From: a virus
Lineage: Duplodnaviria; Caudoviricetes
Reading direction: 5' to 3' (one strand)
Virus record (IMG/VR): IMGVR_UViG_3300012665_001197
Coordinates: 1 to 27,433 of that record
Length of the DNA: 27,433 bases
Shown here: in pieces, positions 24,861 through 27,433 of the stretch
How the letters are laid out: each line of letters starts with the position of its first letter
How positions within the stretch are numbered: the stretch's first letter is position 1
Notes under the pieces: generated by a model
What the model was told of the DNA's origin: nothing
The model's database searches: none
Seen by the model: the letters and a program-made list of their open reading frames with translations, nothing else
Program-made: the position numbers and the translations under genes

Positions 24861-27026
24861 TTAGACACCTTTCACTGTATCAACTAAATTAATATACTCA
24901 CACACATCTTCCTCACTTGCATACGAACTCAATTTATCAAGCAGAGGATATCGCTTAGAAAAATCGGACAATTTTTGTTTGTATTCAACAAGCAAATCTT
25001 CAACATTCACGGTGCTCTCAACTTGCATTGCTCTCATCAATGATTGCAACCAATGGATGCCACTCATCTTCGGTAGACCAACAAAACCATCTAAGAATGC
25101 TTTTGCAGGACTATTTACACCAACACCACTAACAACCATCTGGTAATTATAGTTGAAAATGTCGTGTTTGTCAAGCCGTTCCATCACGGATGCCATACCA
25201 ATTTTGGTATTTAAACCATTAATAGTGGCAAAAATGTGTTGTTCAAGGTTAATCCAGTTTGGCAACTTTTTGATGGTTTCAATATCACCTTTACGGACAC
25301 CATACACATTAACCTTCAATGCATCAATATCGGTTCTGTTCAACAACTGTTTCAATTGGTCAACATTGTGGCGCAATTTGGTAAATTGAGGAACAAAACC
25401 TAACAATGGAACATAATAAAACTTTTCAGTCTTATCAAACTTATCTAATGTATCAGCAGCACGCCACACAAAATCTTGTGATGCTGAACGATTGGATGCA
25501 CCACCACGGCGTTCAAGTTGGACAATGGTTACATTCTTACCGAAACCATTACCGCCACCAGCCTTACGTGGTTTCTCGGTCAAACTTGATGCAGCCATAC
25601 GTTGTGCAGCAGGTGGATTGTGCAACATTGCATAGAAAGCAACCAAATTCATTGGTTTGGTTTTGTCTAGTTTGTCCAACACAAACACATTCTCACGGTA
25701 GGATAATTTCACCTCTTTAGTACGAAAATGGTGTTTAGCACGTTCAAATGAACCAGTCTTACAATCATTCTCAACAAACAATGTGGTGTTGTCAACCTCG
25801 ATATTGAAATACTCAATACGCTTTTGGTCTTTATCGTAAGATACGGAATGACTACGATTCTTGCAACGGTTATTACCACGCTCAGATTCAAATTGTTTGA
25901 TATGAATATTCATAGCCTTCAAATCAAGCAAATCTGCCTTGATATCAAACGAATGATTCCAAGAGTTGCTTACATCAAACAAAGCAAAATCGGTGTTGGT
26001 TACATATTCAAGCACAGCACCTTGCCATAATTCTTGGCGTTTCTTGTTATACAAAAATTTGGAACGTTCCCATTCACCTTCAATCGCATCAGCCTCAGCA
26101 GTAAGAACCTTGGTCAATGCAGCATTAACTGCAACCAATTTTTTACGAATAGAATCAATGGTCAATGGAATGTAGGACAAACCTTCACGTGATGCTTGAA
26201 AGTCCAACTCACCGATGCCAAATTCAATTACAAGTCCACATTTCAATAATTGGTGTACACCTTCAAGTGCTTGTTCGGCTTGTGGTACTTCAATAGGATA
26301 TGCAATGTTACCCATCACAGCAATGGATGAGGTACGATTGTACCTATCAGATTTAACTGAATGAACACCAGGAATAATATTCTGTGTTTCATATTCAACA
26401 CGTTCAATGGTGATTGTGTTACCCGTGATTGTAGGCAATAGAGGGAACCAACGATACACTTTAACTGCTTCGTCAGAGAATTTGCTAAAGTCGTACCTGT
26501 CATTGACGGAAAATTTTACCTCAACGCCATTAGGTTCTGTTACCTGCTCTTCATTCATTAATGCAATAGAAGGCACACCAACGTCATTAATGAAGGCAGA
26601 ATAAATGCCTTTGCGGCCATTTTGAATGGCGGTGACGGTGAAGTTATCAGTATAAGAGAATGGAGATTTTGAACCAAGACCAAGAGCACCGATAAACTCA
26701 TTAGATTCGGTTTTGGTTGATTCAAAATATGTGGTGTAAATCTTGGTTACTTGGTCATGTGACAAACCAGTGCCAAAATCACGAATGGAAAACCACGGTT
26801 CTAGTGTGGTCGGCAGGTGCACCTCGAAAGGTTGTTTGGTGCCTGCTGCGGTGTGACTGTCGATGGCATTACATGACAGCTCACGAATTATCGCCTTAAT
26901 TTTATTGGCATACAAACCGCTGGAAAGAATGTTAAATGCTTTTGCTGAATTGCGGATGCGGAATTCACCGATTTCACCAACATTGGAAAGAATGGCCTCT
27001 GCTTGAGGTGCGTTATTGAGAATCAT
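24861..27026 (-). CDS. rIIA: rIIA-like protein with N-terminal GHKL ATPase domain
   Basis: LSSGLY.NK..AIIREL.CNA.DSH, IRDFGTGL, STK, GALGLGSKSPF, SRE.LSY. Confidence 0.88.
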   Translation of the reverse strand: MILNNAPQAEAILSNVGEIGEFRIRNSAKAFNILSSGLYANKIKAIIRELSCNAIDSHTAAGTKQPFEVHLPTTLEPWFSIRDFGTGLSHDQVTKIYTTYFESTKTESNEFIGALGLGSKSPFSYTDNFTVTAIQNGRKGIYSAFINDVGVPSIALMNEEQVTEPNGVEVKFSVNDRYDFSKFSDEAVKVYRWFPLLPTITGNTITIERVEYETQNIIPGVHSVKSDRYNRTSSIAVMGNIAYPIEVPQAEQALEGVHQLLKCGLVIEFGIGELDFQASREGLSYIPLTIDSIRKKLVAVNAALTKVLTAEADAIEGEWERSKFLYNKKRQELWQGAVLEYVTNTDFALFDVSNSWNHSFDIKADLLDLKAMNIHIKQFESERGNNRCKNRSHSVSYDKDQKRIEYFNIEVDNTTLFVENDCKTGSFERAKHHFRTKEVKLSYRENVFVLDKLDKTKPMNLVAFYAMLHNPPAAQRMAASSLTEKPRKAGGGNGFGKNVTIVQLERRGGASNRSASQDFVWRAADTLDKFDKTEKFYYVPLLGFVPQFTKLRHNVDQLKQLLNRTDIDALKVNVYGVRKGDIETIKKLPNWINLEQHIFATINGLNTKIGMASVMERLDKHDIFNYNYQMVVSGVGVNSPAKAFLDGFVGLPKMSGIHWLQSLMRAMQVESTVNVEDLLVEYKQKLSDFSKRYPLLDKLSSYASEEDVCEYINLVDTVKGV

Positions 27027-27058
27027 TACAAAACCTTTTTCAATCAATCAATACAAGT

Positions 27059-27136
27059 ATTCTATCACAGGTGCCAGCAAATGGCAACAAATATTGGCAT
27101 CGGTTGCACAAATACAACAGTAGTACTTTAGTAGTA
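27059..27136 (-). promoter_or_regulatory. early promoter of rII operon with both upstream boxes
   Basis: TTGCCA-17-TAGAAT (27087-27059); TGTTG-N8-CAACC at 27102-27119; TACTACTAAAGTA at 27136-27124. Confidence 0.8.
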
Positions 27137-27159
27137 ATATTGAAAATGTCCACCACTCA

Positions 27160-27396
27160 TTAAGAACCACCGCCACCAAAACAGTGTTCACCCAAATAAT
27201 TGTAAACACTCTGCCGACCTGCCTCACCAGAATTGAATACATCAATGGGATGCCTCAAACCAAAATAATGATTAGGCCCATCCCACCACTTATCAACCAA
27301 TTCCTGTCTACCAAGTAAACCCATCAACATGGCATTGCACTCAGTTTTTATTTCATTATATTTTATTTGATTGTCAATTTCTCTTTTACGCCACAT
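27160..27396 (-). CDS. Xre/MbcA/ParS antitoxin C-terminal-domain-like protein
   Basis: lG......W...PN..F....P.D......G...V..YL pattern; SD GGAG. Confidence 0.55.
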   Translation of the reverse strand: MWRKREIDNQIKYNEIKTECNAMLMGLLGRQELVDKWWDGPNHYFGLRHPIDVFNSGEAGRQSVYNYLGEHCFGGGGS

Positions 27397-27397
27397 A

Positions 27398-27433
27398 TTA
27401 ACTCCATGTACGGTGTTTCTCTGCTATCCACTC
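27398..27433 (-). CDS. 3' end of an upstream ORF (partial)
   Basis: ...EWIAEKHRTWS* ends 1 nt before the next ATG. Confidence 0.35.
   Translation of the reverse strand, partial: EWIAEKHRTWS

Noticed and set aside
50-26899. Numerous plus-strand and nested minus-strand ORFs in the track
   Set aside because: They are shadows of well-supported, tightly packed minus-strand genes and show no recognisable motifs.
27048-27245. 65-aa minus-strand ORF
   Set aside because: It overlaps the 27160-27396 gene and runs through the rIIA promoter and its boxes.

Overview
A 27.4-kb segment of a large T4-like myovirus genome, probably infecting a Gram-negative betaproteobacterium (inferred from the tmRNA tag and an outer-membrane protein gene). 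Essentially all genes lie on the minus strand. In transcription order: rIIA/rIIB, an AAA ATPase, a CobS/MoxR ATPase, many small early ORFs under sigma70-type promoters, a metallophosphoesterase, a GalE-like epimerase, a pyrimidine-dimer-glycosylase-like gene and phoH. Next comes a ~7.4-kb tightly packed island (4348-11749) that looks like a phage-encoded RiPP-type peptide/protein modification cluster: a radical SAM/SPASM enzyme, an Asn-Cys-repeat candidate substrate, four Fe(II)/2OG-type oxygenases and a B12-type radical SAM enzyme, headed by T4 late-promoter motifs. After it come an exonuclease, a circularly permuted two-piece tmRNA (tag ANDEKFALAA), another Asp/Asn hydroxylase, a beta-barrel OMP, a pseudoknot-led small gene, a SleB-type hydrolase, gp33, gp59 and a HAD nucleotidase. 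All calls come from motif recognition by eye; no searches were run.
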